Origin: Ascidiella aspersa
Lineage: Eukaryota
Reading direction: 5' to 3'
DNA length: 64,000 nt
NCBI GenBank assembly: GCA_963924565.1
Contig: OZ004613.1
Location: forward strand, 4,278,001 to 4,342,000
The notes beneath the pieces were generated by a model. That model was not told the DNA's origin. It saw nothing but the letters and a program-made list of their open reading frames with translations, and made no database searches. The position numbers and the translations under genes were made by a program. This document shows positions 50,275 to 63,545 of the stretch, piece by piece. Numbering within the stretch: position 1 is the stretch's first letter; each line of letters opens with the position of its first letter.

Positions 50275-52329
50275 GGCCGTCCGGCACCAAACAATGTAAT
50301 TACTATAATACAATAGGCAGTATTGATCAAGTTGTGTAGCAAATTAATACTTTTTTAGAAGGAAAAATTGTCATTGGCACCAAAATCTTAGGTGCCTACA
50401 TTCCATTGTAAATTAATGATTAAGAAATATGATTTAAGAAGTTTACCCGTTGATTGGTTAGGCGATGACTAGTTTGTTTATGCCTTCGCACAAGAGCATA
50501 TCGACAGCCTAAACGGATTATTTCGGGCCAGACTGCACGAAAAAAGTACATATTTTTGAACCCGACAATTTCGCTACTGGTTTTATGTAAAATGATGTTA
50601 TTAAACTTTTAATGCTCAATTAATTACCTATTTTAAATGGTTTGTTTGCATTTAAGTTGTTGGCATGTCTAGGCGTGAACCACAAACAACCTACTGGTAT
50701 TGACCAAGCACAGTGTATAGTTAACGAAGTTTCTTAACAGGAAGTAATAAATCATAGAAACCAAACACACCTCGTCAAGCCTTAGTGTACAGGCGTTGGA
50801 GTTTTTTCCCTAGCATGTACTGAGATTTTAAAATTATACAAAACGTCAGAAAAAAAACGTTGATCATGTTATTGATGCGGTGCTTAACAGCAAATAAGCT
50901 CTATTAAAATACAAGCAAATAATTTGGTAAAATAAGCAAGTTCAACTAAAGTTATAATTAATGAAAGCTAAGTCAAAACTTGAAGTGAACACATTTACCT
51001 CAAAACTGTAAAGTCAATTCAATTCAAGTCGTCATTTAAAAACAATTACTTAAGCGTACTCAACTCAAGCCATTTTCATTCAAAACTTAAGACCTTCGAA
51101 ACTGATAGAAAAGCAACTTTTAATCGACATTGACATCGAAAGGCTAGTCAATTCCCGCACCTTGGAAAACGTTGAACAATCAAATCGTTGGACTTCGTCC
51201 GAGTCTTTGTTTAACTAACGTTTATGCGGAAAACGCTTAGCGTCCACTGGGTTGACATTGGATTGGTTTAAGTACAAAACCGTTACGACCTTGCTAAAGA
51301 GAATGTTTGAAACCGCAGCTGAATGGAAAAGTTTGCACGCCGGGTAACAAAAAGTGCTCACGCACTGATGATTTTCGTGACAAGGTTGGCGGTTGGCGAT
51401 ATTAATAGTGCGAACTTTGTAAAAAAAAGGATTTATTTAAGCCTTTAAGGTTTATTTTGTCCGTCACAGTTTTTTGTCTACTATCATAGACAACGGAATA
51501 AAAATCACCAGCATATCTTTCATAACTACACTTTCCTAAATGCTGTAAGTTTGTAAACATTTTAAACTTAACGTACAAAAATAATTTGTTGATCATTTTA
51601 AAATTGTTGGGAAATCACTAAAACATGCTTTTCATATTGGCACATTGTCATTGCGCTGCAGAGTTGCAATGACTTGAGTCACTGTTTTCAAATAACTTTA
51701 CTTTCGTTAAGGCTTTTACTTGACCTGACTTAGATCTTTCGGACAAATGACTCGGGTTAAAATAAAATGCTTTCATTAGGCTTTTTTAATTAGGTTATAT
51801 ATCTTACTTTTTATAAATAAAAGATTGGGCTTGCTATATGTTGCGTTTTTGTTATTTGTTAGATGACGTATTGCTCGCGTAATCTAGCTAGTTTACCAAT
51901 TTCAGTAGTTTAGCGTTGAATTTCTATGAAAAGGACTTGACAATGGCTTGACTTAGGTCATTTCAATGGCTTGGTTAAAATTTACTTGTATATACTTACA
52001 TGTAATTCAGCCTCGCGTCTAGCAGTGGTATTTTCCTTTTTTACCTTGTTTACCCGCATGCCTGACCCTTCCCGTACAAACATATTCAGGCAGTGAATGC
52101 AAACAAACAGTAAACACCATGACCTGCACCTTGGCTACACATCCGGTAAAAGAGATCGTTAAATTATGGTTCCTGGGCCTTCTATGGAGGTTGAAGTGGT
52201 TTAATGCAATTTTTTGTGTGGAAGGTCGTGCAATCTTAATGGCTCGTTTTTCATTTTTTCATCAAAATTAAAAAAAGTGAAATTTGAGATGATTTGATGT
52301 TTTCCCCTATAGTTTGCACAGCACATTCT

Positions 52330-53425
52330 CAAAAGAAATGATTTTTTTGCCTGACATAATTTAATTAGTTTGTAGGAAAGTTGGTACTAACGTTTTTTGA
52401 TTTGAGTGCTGGTTGATAAAAATATTTGCGTGGAGCACATAGCCTTGTAAGTTAGCTCGGTTGATATCTTTTTAGCTTTCGCAGCGTTACAAACAAATCA
52501 TTTTAAAGCGACTTTAGTCCTCATCAAGTCTTTGAAAAAAAACAAGTCATTAGGTAAAAAATTATCCTATTATCCGGTGAAAATAGAGATCGATCCATTT
52601 GTGGTTTCTGGACTATATGAAAGAACAAAATTGTGTCATGAATTTTGTTTTGCTGTGCAAATTTGAACAGCTTAATAATGATTGCCCTTAAAATTGTAAG
52701 CGATTCTTAGTTTGTTTCGATAGCTTGCACAGCAGATTATAATAAAGCAAGAAATGACGTTTTTGCCGAGTTTATCTTATAATGCAGTTAGTTTTCAATC
52801 TTATAGTGTAATTCGTTGCAAAAAGTTGTTGCTTTTTAACGTCTTATTTTTTACTTTTTACGAACAGTTTTGAGTGCTGGCTGATTTCGCTTAAAACGAA
52901 ATATATAACTTAAGTTTAACTCTTATTTTTTTTTAATTTTTCCGATTTAAGTCATTTGTCCCAAAGACTTAAGTCAAGTCTTTTAAAATCACTGACATAA
53001 GTGCACGAAATTTAAGACTTCGTCAGTACAACACTCTATTTTAAACTAGAAATGGAACTTTTGCCGAGTTTGTATTATAATGCAATTAGTTGCAGAAAAT
53101 AATTATTTTTTTGTGTCTTATTTTTTGATTTTTTACAAACAATTTTGGGTGTGAGTTGAATGTGCTTAAAACGAAATATATAAGCTTAAATTTAACTGAT
53201 ATGTTATTAGTTTTTCAGAGTTAAGTCATTTAAAAACAGTGACCAAGTTCACGAGAGTCAAGACATTGACCAAAGTTTTTGCAGCACTGTATTTCAGACA
53301 AAAAAATAACGCGAAGCCGAATAAGAATAACTTTACAAATAATTTTGAGTGTGGCTTGATTTTTGTTAAAACGGAATATACAACCATAAGTTAGCTCAAC
53401 AGATATTTTTTCAGTTTTCAGACTA
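52330..53425 (+). repeat. Four degenerate tandem units of ~200-450 bp
   Basis: Recurring tttgagtg(ct)gg.tgat..ttaaaacg.aatata..aag.ttaa/ag.. at ~52401, 52869, 53143, 53343, mostly preceded by agaaatg..ttttgcc. Confidence 0.8.
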
Positions 53426-53920
53426 GAAAATTACCGGCAGCCGAATGACCCTGTACAGCAGGCGGTCATCTCGTGCGAGTTGCGAGTGTATTATCGCTGC
53501 GGGCAAACAGAACGAACGGCGCTCAGCTCGGGAAACAACAGCCCATGCCAAACCGACCGTTCCCTCCATAAAATTATGACTTAAACGCGTCTGGCCTTTT
53601 GTTTGTTCTTGTCAGGCGACGCACGTTTGTTCAGCAAACTGAAGCGTCGCGAACGGAGCCTTAGAACAAGATAAGGATGTTTTGCGCGCCAGTTTTTTGT
53701 AGCAACAGGACTAATATACGTCCTTCTATTGCAGGGGGATCCTTAGTACTCTTTTGGAACTTTTTTGTAAGTTTGAAACTCCACACGACTAGGTATTTTT
53801 AATATAATAATAAACTGAACAGCAATTCTAAAAACCTGACAATTCTTTTTTGTTAGGTTTGTAAACGATTTTGACTTGAAATAACTGTGATAGATTTTGA
53901 CCTAACGTGTGAATTTTGAC

Positions 53921-53969
53921 AACATTTTGACTCCTTCGCCTAATGCAACATTTTGACTCCTTCGCCTAA
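53921..53969 (+). repeat. Perfect short tandem duplication
   Basis: aacattttgactccttcgcctaa occurs twice with a 26-bp period. Confidence 0.9.
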
Positions 53970-56336
53970 AATCTAAATGCGTAACAAATTGTCTGAACGT
54001 TTAATAAACCCTTTCTTACTTTTTGTTGTTTCTGCATGATCTTTTATATTTCTTGCAAGTCTTAATATTCCTAATTTCGATTAAACAACAATTAAAATAT
54101 GCAAAAAGTTGCCACTACAAAAAACTTTGATTTCGGCTTGGCGGTTTCGTCTTTTAACAGGAATTTAGCAAAAATGCATCAAAATTTAGCAGTTCGTTTG
54201 TTGTATAGAAACCAGTAAGAGGATGTCATATAAATTTGTTCTCCTTTGAAGTGATTTGAAATTATTATCCCCACTTTAAACGGTCTTCTCATAAAAGGTT
54301 TTTCTTTTCGCTTTTATATATAATAAGTAATAACCTACAAATCCAACAATATTGAATTTAATTTAATATTTTGCGATTGTTTTAACTTTCAAAACGATTT
54401 AGACAAAAATTAGCTGTAAAAATCAATGTAATAATGGGCAGTCTGAACGAAAATAAACAGTTTTGGAGTCTACCAGTGTTTCACAAAATAGAATGACAAA
54501 TAGTCAAAGAAGTGTTTTTGGGATCTCACCAAACTATTTTCGTTTAGTTTTACACAAGTTACCAAAAATAAACGATGAACGTATCGGGTAAATGAAGGAC
54601 ATATCATAACAAAAATAATGGTTTGGCCGTATGTGGTTCTGCTTTAGCCACTTATAACGATACCCACCCCAAGCATATATAGTTACAGGCACTTCAATTA
54701 ATTTACACACTTTAACAAGCTTAACGATGTTTTTAGGGCATAATGACAAGAAAGCAAATAACGACATGGCTTTATTTGCAATGTGGCTAATTTACTTTTT
54801 TCTTTAGCCTAATGTCCCGCAGTTCCAATGGCGAATCATTCTAGGGCTCGTTACTAAATTTCAAACACACGAGGCAAAAATGGCAATGTCGTAAATTTAA
54901 AAGCAACTTCCAACAAGAAAAAGTGCAGACTAATAATGGTTTAGCAATATGATGTCCCTTTATTTAATGTACAGTCATACCCAATCCCAAACACATATAG
55001 TTTGGGTGAAGCCACAATTTTTTTAAGATTACGTTACAAAATCAAGTCATACCGTGCCGTGACAAAGTTGTATCTAAACGCGACGCCACACAGAAGTAAA
55101 AAACAACGCACATTTTGTTGTTGTTGAATTTTGAGGTTGGAGGGGTGTCACAAAAAATACAAAACCTACAATACAAAGATGTTATCGATTTCGAAAAGCT
55201 GCTTTGAATGATTTAAGTTACCAAACTTTTATTATGAGAGTGAAAAATAAGTTACCGCACGCCACCTTTGAACTAAAATAATCTTTTATGGGCAAGGACA
55301 TACGAAAAAAATTTTTTTTTTCAGTTACGTATTTTTAAATTACGCAAAAGTTGAGGTTTAAGGGGGCATGGACATGTGCCCCCCCTAGATCCGCACCTGG
55401 TTAACGGCATGTTGCTTAATATCAAACACGTTAACAAGGTGCTGGCAGTTAGCAGCAGTCTTATCACTTGTCTTGCGTCACCTTCCCAACCCTTTCCCGG
55501 GCGACCTTATATTGAACCAAGGCAAACACACGGAACAATATACACAGGCTACATGTTGCCATCGACGTGGGTCGGCTGGTGGGCTCGATGCCGTGGAAAA
55601 GGTAACACTTGTTGGCCTTATACACGTGCCTGGAAGCCTATAAAAGCCGGCCTAGGACACGTTTCACCATTTAAGGGTCTTTTGTTTGACGAGCAAGGCG
55701 CTTAAATGCTCGGCTCTGGGTAAATGTGAAGGTGAATCTCCTGCCAGTGTTTCTTTCGCTTGAACGTGGCGATAAAACAGCCGGGCGGTAATTTTCCGAA
55801 GCTGATTTCATTCAGATCTCTTTGTCATTCGCGCTATAGCAACCAACAAAAGTAAAGGTGGGTATGAGTTCTTAATAGAGTATAAGTTGAATTGTATGTT
55901 TTTTATTGGGATTTGGCAAATTTGCGAATGCCAAATGCATAGGAGGAGTGTATGATGTAATGTAATGCCACTTTAGTTGACTTTTATTATACGTGATACT
56001 GAAAATAAGTATCTGTATTTGGAATGTATTGTTGCTATGTTTAATATCGTACATATATCTCGTCCTGCACCCATGTTTGTAATGTAACTAATTGCAGTAG
56101 GGAATTATTTATAGTTTAAAATTGACAAGAAAAACTGAAACGTTAAACGTACAAATTTCGCACACAACTAGTCGGTCTCTGATTCAAGTAGTTTTTCATC
56201 ATTCTGAACCGCTATAGAAAGTGTTAAGGTCTCCCAACCATAGTTAACAACCTGGCATATTGAGTCATTCAGAACCATCATGTTACAACTTGCTTCAAAA
56301 CTTTCTAACGACCCCCAGCTGGCTCGCTGACCCCTG

Positions 56337-56363
56337 TGACCTTGACTGTGAGTTTCAAGGTCA
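56337..56363. promoter_or_regulatory. Inverted pair of perfect ERR/NR5A-type sites
   Basis: TGACCTTGA-ctgtgagtt-TCAAGGTCA; a third perfect site at 59059-59067. Confidence 0.45.
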
Positions 56364-57708
56364 TTGTGGCGTAAAAACATCCATATAAATGCAAATTACC
56401 AAAACGCACGCTGCAAAATGGCGATTTCAATAGTGAGAGTGTCAACAGAATAAGTATTCACGGTGAAATGAAACTTGAATTGGATCCCATAGGGACAATT
56501 CATTTTAGCCTCCAGTGTCTGGCCTTGCGCTGTACGTGGCTGATTCAATGTCTCAGCACACATGTAAAACACGTGGTGTGAGCTGTGTGAATGCGCCCCT
56601 CGCCGGGTATGACTGTGCACTTCTCAATTCTTCAAAGCAACCTTATTCCGCGTAATAGGGACGCCTCGATTTCAAGGGCTATTTTGTATCATTATGGATT
56701 TTGCATATAGTTTTCAAAATACCACTAAGCAACGTTGGGAGTCAAATACTACTCCACGTTTTTTATTATATGTAACACTGCCCAGCAAACCGAGGTGGGT
56801 GATTACGCAATCGATAAAATAGAAATTTTACAGCTCTAATTTTTTTCGACATCTCCATTATGTTGACACTTGACACAACACACGTGTGGCAATAAATAAA
56901 GAATCGATTTGAGTACAGCATTAGTTTTCTACGCAGACCATGGCTTCGGTAATTGTAAAAGGTTTAAATACTAGTATATCGGTTTATTAAATACTTTAGC
57001 CTTGGCATGTTTTAAACCTATATTATTTTAATTGACTATAGTTCAAATAGCCCTTTAGGAAACTTAACTGCTTATACTGGCCTGCTCTTAAATGGCCAGT
57101 AATGCTGTCTGCTAATTTAGGGCAAAAAATAAAACACGCAGATTGTTTTTAAATCAACAGCCTTAATGATATTCTTGGTAAATGGGTTAAAAAAGTACTG
57201 AAGAGATAAATACCGCGCGTTTATAAGTTGTAAGTTGTTCTATGACGTAACAGGTTCGTTTGCACGTTGCTCCATAAACAAGGCACCTTCAAGTTGAAGT
57301 GTAATGTCTATGGAAGCAGTGGGGAACAGAGCATCTTCATCACGATCATAGAATACTCACATACTATGCCTTGTCAGGGATAGAAATCTTACAAACTATG
57401 AAAGATATTACTCATTATTCGTTCATAGAAAGACTTGCGTGTTTTGTAAGTTGGCACAATTTTTACAAATTACTACTCATTTTTGCAGTTCCTGGAAAGT
57501 GTTTCGCAACCATCATAACTATAGCCAAAGGTTGCCATTTCGTTTTGCTGTGCATGAGATTAATCGTACAACAGCATTCGACTTAATTTTCGAGATAAAA
57601 TAGTACCACATCGTTCTCACTTTTTTGTAGTGCTTGGGCAGTATTAAAATATTGCTTGAAACAAGTTCGCGACTAACTGATAAATGCATGGTTATGATAG
57701 AATAACAT

Positions 57709-57987
57709 AACTTATTCTCGAACTGTGTACCGCGGCATAGCCTACTAGTGTGCCTCGAGATGCTTTTACAAATAAGAAAACAAACTATTTGTTTTTCAAC
57801 TTGAAAAACAGCCGAGCATGTGTGTACTATACATGAGATGATAACATAATGTTATTTTCTTACTATACTTTGCTGTGTATAGTTAAGGTGATTGTTAGGC
57901 CAAAATTGAATGTTTTGTGAAAATTGTACCGCCAATTTGTTTCGATTTTCTAGTGTACCACACAGTAACAAAGTTTGAGAATACCTG
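57709..57987. mobile_element. Degraded hAT MITE
   Basis: Ends ..ttattctcgaact / agtttgagaatacctg; TSD aataacat / tataacat; gtgtacc/gtgtgcc subterminal motifs. Confidence 0.6.
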
Positions 57988-60900
57988 TATAACATACATG
58001 GATATGGGCGGACGACATGCGTTAAAATATTAGAAATATGTCCAAACTCGTAAGCTAAATCATGCCAAACATTTCTTGCTTAAAGATTTCCAAACGTTTT
58101 TAGAAAAGGGTGGGCTCTGTCAATATCCGGTCATCCAGTTTCTATTGCATGGGCGGGCCGTTAACTGGCGACACCTGGGCAAATACCAAGACGACTTTAC
58201 GCAAATAATTTGATTTTGTGGACGACATGTTTTCTCCTTATATTTTTCGCAAAACCAACATGTTGCATACGAGCCAAGAGTGCCAAGGTGAGATTTTAGC
58301 TTAGCCTACCTAAAATGATTTTATAGAGTGTGAATTAAAAGCGTAACCTACTGTTTAATGAGGACCTTAAACAGGTTAATATCATCCCCCAAAGTTGCAG
58401 TGCTATGATGGATCCACCCAAAACGTTTACAGTGATCCAAAAAAGATATTAACGTACAAATTAATTAACCTTCACTTATGGGACTCACCTAAGACTAACA
58501 CTGTGTGAATCAGCGTTGGACTCTATTTATCGATTGTTTTTAACACTTAAACACAAGGTGTTGGCTAACGCGGACCTTAAAATGTTATTGATGCTTAAAT
58601 AACCGTTATTTTAGTGTCGCTGGTTTCACTATATTAAAGCGGCCTTCAAAGAATTAAATTTACCGTTTTTAAAGTGTTTGAAAAACAGAGGAAATTTGCA
58701 TTGACAGCTTCCTTCATTAAAACCAGCCAAGGGTGAAAACGCAATGTAAATAGGTCGGAAATAGATACGCGGCTAAATTGAAATCGATTTTGCAACGCCA
58801 ACAACACGCGATAGCGAATTCTAACATAGAAAGGTTAAAATTGTAGCCAATCGTTTTGAAGTGGTCAGCCAAGCATAGGGAGTCAAATAAGGTTTATTTC
58901 GACTTGGAAAACTGACGGGTCCTTTCAGTTCCCAGATGGTCTTGTTAATCATTCACAAAGGCTTGGTTATAAGCCCTCGCCCAAATTCGTTATGTATTTG
59001 AAGGGGCCCTTTTTTGATTACTTAACGATACGAACGCGCATTGAAGGCGGCCTGACAATGACCTTGAAAGCAGGGTTTGAAAAAGGGAGAAAATTCTGCC
59101 GAATCATATTTCAGCTATTAGCGTTTTTCAAACCATGGTAAGGTTTTTTTAAAAGATTTTCTTCGTAAGATCTTATGTGAAACACGGGTAATAATTGGTA
59201 TAGCTTACGCATACGCTATATACGCATACGTAGCATTAAAACAAAATTCCATACGCATTAGGATAAAACAGGCAGGATTTATTTGTATTACACCTAAAAC
59301 ATTTCCAATAATATGTTGCAGGAACCTTTAATTTTTACCCACAGCCCGCGTTTTTCTTGCGTAGAAAATTCTCGTTGAAAAATTCGGCATAAAACGCTAA
59401 AAATACAGCTGTAAACAAAAACAAGCATGCTAGACTTGAATGCACATTATTCATGATTCATTTGACAACTGATAAGTGTTTGTATACCACCTTGCATATA
59501 AAATTTGCACGATGTTTTAGCGTAACTGTCTTTTGCTGAAATGTTGCGCAATTACATTATAGTTTCTTTTGTTCCGAAAACTGAAAAACATGTTTGAGAA
59601 CCGCTTGATTCGGCCTTATATGTTTCGGTCTTAAAGGCGTAAAGAAACCTATCTCCGTTTGTCTTATTAACTTATTTTGTCCCAGACTTTGCGATGAACA
59701 ACTTTCACTTTAACGCGATGTAGATAAGCAGACACAAGAAGAAGGGAATTGGTACAAGACAGCAGGAATATGATCTGCCTTTATTACCAGACCTACATGT
59801 AACCAGACAACCAGCAACCATGCACAAGTGAACTTTAGTCACCAGCTAACCAACAAATGCCAGCAAGCAACAGTCAGAAAACCGCGATGTAAGGTTTTTT
59901 CTGTAAAAGTCTTACTAGAATTTCGTAAAATTGTAAACATAATTATGTTCATCATTCTATTTCCTTTAGCTCCGGGGCAATTTTTTAAATAGTGAAAAAA
60001 ATAACCTAAATAAAGGTAATATTTATCCATATTAACCCTCAAATCGTCGCGTTTTTATGTCCTATATGTGAATTAAATGTTGGCCAAAACACAGGCGTAA
60101 AATCGTCAAACAGAGCATTTAGAAAAGTAAAAAAAAACGTTTAAAGTGTAACGTTGGACAAATACTGGAAAAACAAACGTTCGACAAATGTTGAAAATAA
60201 ATGACAAGCAAACAAATTTGGGTGAGTAACTTAAGTACGTTGGTGCGCTAATGCAACCGGCCAGTTTATTCCAGAGCTGCGTAATATATTCTCATTCTGG
60301 TTTCACAAGATTCAAGATTCAATTTATTTTTGTGCATCCTTGCAAGCATTGAAAAGAAACAAGCATACAGAATAACACAAGTAGATCGAAAAGGACCTTG
60401 TCGAGCTGCCCACAAAACGACTGCTTCTAAACCTTTTAAAGTACTGTTTTTCACACCGAGCTCCTAAAACACATTTATTGTCACAGCCTTCGGGGGCTTT
60501 GTAAAATGATCACTGTCAAGCCAAAAACTCACAATAAATTCTGTTTTCTTGCTGCAAAACATAAATTATTTGTCAAAGCGTTGAGGAGCGACCTCATGCG
60601 GAACTATTTTTAAATGTTTTTTTTCCACCGTAAGACACTCGTGAGCAAAGTGTTTGCGTTGTGTTTGTTTTAACTTCACGATAGCACAAGTAAAGAAAGC
60701 GGAAAAAACCGCCGAACACGTTTATAGAAGGACTTGGTTTAAAGATGGCCACTAATTATGTAAAGATGCACAACTTCCCAAATGCAAGGTATCGTTTTAG
60801 TGATTGAGAGGGCTGTAGTTAATGGTAAGTAGGGCTGGCTCTTAAGACGAGAGTCGACGGCTGCCAAAATCTCTTACAGTAAAGGCCGACGCCAAAGAAC

Positions 60901-62399
60901 AAGCCGCCAAAGTAGAATCAATCACAAAACGCCCAAAACCTCCGTTCAGTTACCGGTCACACCTCAGTGGACACTGGTTATGGGTAAAGTGACAAGTGAC
61001 GTCAAATTGTTTAATAATGCTTGATAAATGTTTCAATGTTGTTTTAGGAAACGCCAGTCAGACATGCTTAACTCTTTGGGGGAATAAAAACTTCTGTTAT
61101 CTGTGTTATCCTATTAAGTTAGAACGAATAACAAATCAACGGACTCAGTGCTACAAGCATCAGTAATATGCCTTACGACTTTCATGCCCGAAGAAGGTAA
61201 ATTAAAGGAATACCAACACAATGCCACGCGGTTTAGGAAAAAAACAGCGTATTGCTAGTGCACAACATAATCAGGAATTTGACTATATAACCATTTTGTT
61301 ATTTATCTTAATAACCACCTTGCCCTTTATTATATTAAATAGACATTAAATGGAATGTGTTAAACTTCTTTATAAAATTAATATTTTTATTGATGGCTTT
61401 GCTAGTGGAACTCTTTATACAACGCAATTTGTTATTCTATTTCCTATAGTAAAATCTGTGTTTATCAAGGCATATATTATACTTAAAATCATCTTTTAAA
61501 CTTGAAGTTCACTTACCGAAACGGCGAACTCAGGTTTTTACTTGCATCCATCCCAAGGTTGACCATATATCCATAAATCGTGGCCTGAACCAGAACAGAA
61601 GTTTATTGCTTGACTTGACTGCTGATAATTCACTGTGCAACTTGCAGATCTTTAAGCGTTGTTTGATTTCTAAAGCAAAGTTACTACGATTTGCAATCAA
61701 GAAAAATCTGGTGCAAAACACGCCTAGGGGATAAAAACTCACAGCAGATCCTAATAATTGCGTTTAAAAACGCTTGTAATTATAAACTTAAATTAAGTTT
61801 AAAAAAACGAGAAACACCCATTTTACAAAAAAATGGTGTTCTAGTAATATCTTTGGTAAATTGTGGGCAATGCATATGCAAGTAATACTATACTGGTTAT
61901 GTTTCCAGTAGGCCAAAATAAAAAACGCAGTTAAATTCAACTAGGAAAATTGTTAATTGATTTACAAAACTTATACTCATCATAACTCTCTGTTACCTAA
62001 TTCTGCCCGATAACAACATATCGGAGACGGAACTCGCTCTCAAGTGGTGGCATTTATATTTGACCGATACTATGGTGATATCGGTGCCGAAACGATACCA
62101 AAATTAATTAAGGATTTTAGGCCCCAATTTGCGACCCGAAGCGGCGATATAATCTTGAAACACAGAAGAATAGCAACTGACTGTTGAAAAACCCAAGTTT
62201 GGCCTGACAATCTGCAAATAGGATTTAAACGTTGAAAAATTTCATCTGTTTTGCTTGTTTTAAAATAGCAATGACGTCATTCAGTATTTGAATCGGACCG
62301 CGGTAGTTTTCGTTCAAAATATCGGGTATCGCTACAGGAATAAAATATCAAGTTAAAGACACCCCATACCGTATAGTGTTAAGACCAGTCACATAATAA

Positions 62400-62674
62400 A
62401 ATCAAATACTCAGTAATTTGTACGACGGAATACGATATAAACTCTACGTAATAAGACCTAAACCAGATGGAATGAGATATAAATGGCCTGAATAACAGCT
62501 CATACAATACAGGGAGCAGTATTGGGCGGTTAGGCGCAAAATGACGGGCATTGACTTTAGGGAGCCAGGGTTAGGGGGTAAGCAAGGACCCATAGGTCTT
62601 ATTCTAACTAGATTAGGTCTTATTGCGTAGAGGTCATATCTTATTTCGTCGTACAAATTACTGCGTATTTGATT
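62400..62674. mobile_element. Foldback/MITE-like element with 61-bp inverted arms
   Basis: 62400-62460 and 62614-62674 are reverse complements at 55/61 positions; the spacer contains ttaggg-like G tracts. Confidence 0.75.
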
Positions 62675-63458
62675 TGTATTTAGGCCTAATTTGTTTCGGT
62701 CTTATTGTGTTTCATTCCGACGTTGATGCTGTTCTTATTTCGGGCGTATTGTCGGAGCCACTTCAAAGCTGTTTAAGTAATAATGATGTCGTTAAATCAT
62801 CAATATTCGTCAAATAGTGTAAATTCCCAGTGTCCAACATTTGCAAAACCTAATAAAATTTTCTTGTTGACAATCATTTCTATTAAGGCCTTGATAGAAC
62901 TGTTTTTTATTTATTTATTTCATCGTTAAAGTGCAACCGTTTTTTCTTAAAGATTAATCATTAATATGATAAAACAGGCGCTGATTTTGTTTGCTTCACC
63001 GCAAGATATATCCAAAAGCCCTTGTTAAAAGTCATTTACATCCAACAAGAAGCTAATATATGTCATGTTAGTATTTGGATAAGTTTGTATTTGTGAATTT
63101 TATTTTGTAAATTTGTGCAAACGTTTTTACGAACTGTGATTTATTGTTATAATTAAATATCTGTGTTCAATACTAAAACTTTAAATATTAAAGAGGAAGA
63201 AAAACCAGTGGAACTCAAATACAACAATGCGACTGGTTTTAATCAACGAAAAAATCCGGTAAATATTTGTGATCTTAAATGCTGCTAAGCTTGGAAACAC
63301 AGCTAACGCCGCTTTAAACAACAAACTGTCAATGGGAAGAACATAATTGAGACGAAAACACATTTACAGTTAGCAGTCAATGTTAGGTTTATAACAGGAA
63401 CAAAACACAGATTACCCCCAAATAAAATACTTGTAGAAATCGTGAAAAATCTTTGTGA

Positions 63459-63545
63459 AGTGACGTCACAAAGTTACGTCATAACGTGACGTCACAAAGT
63501 AAAGTCAAAGTGTGACGTAACGAAGTTACATTTTAACGTGGGTCA
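63459..63545. repeat. Cluster of TGACGTCA/TTACGTCA motifs
   Basis: gtgacgtcacaaagt twice (63460, 63486), plus ttacgtca and tgacgtaa within ~70 bp. Confidence 0.8.

Noticed and set aside
55376-55705. 109-aa ORF in a GC-richer island
   Set aside because: GTG start inside a MITE-like end, no domain and no convincing splice context; more likely regulatory DNA.
62560-62580. Telomeric TTAGGG
   Set aside because: Only two non-tandem hexamers inside a foldback element; not an interstitial telomeric array.
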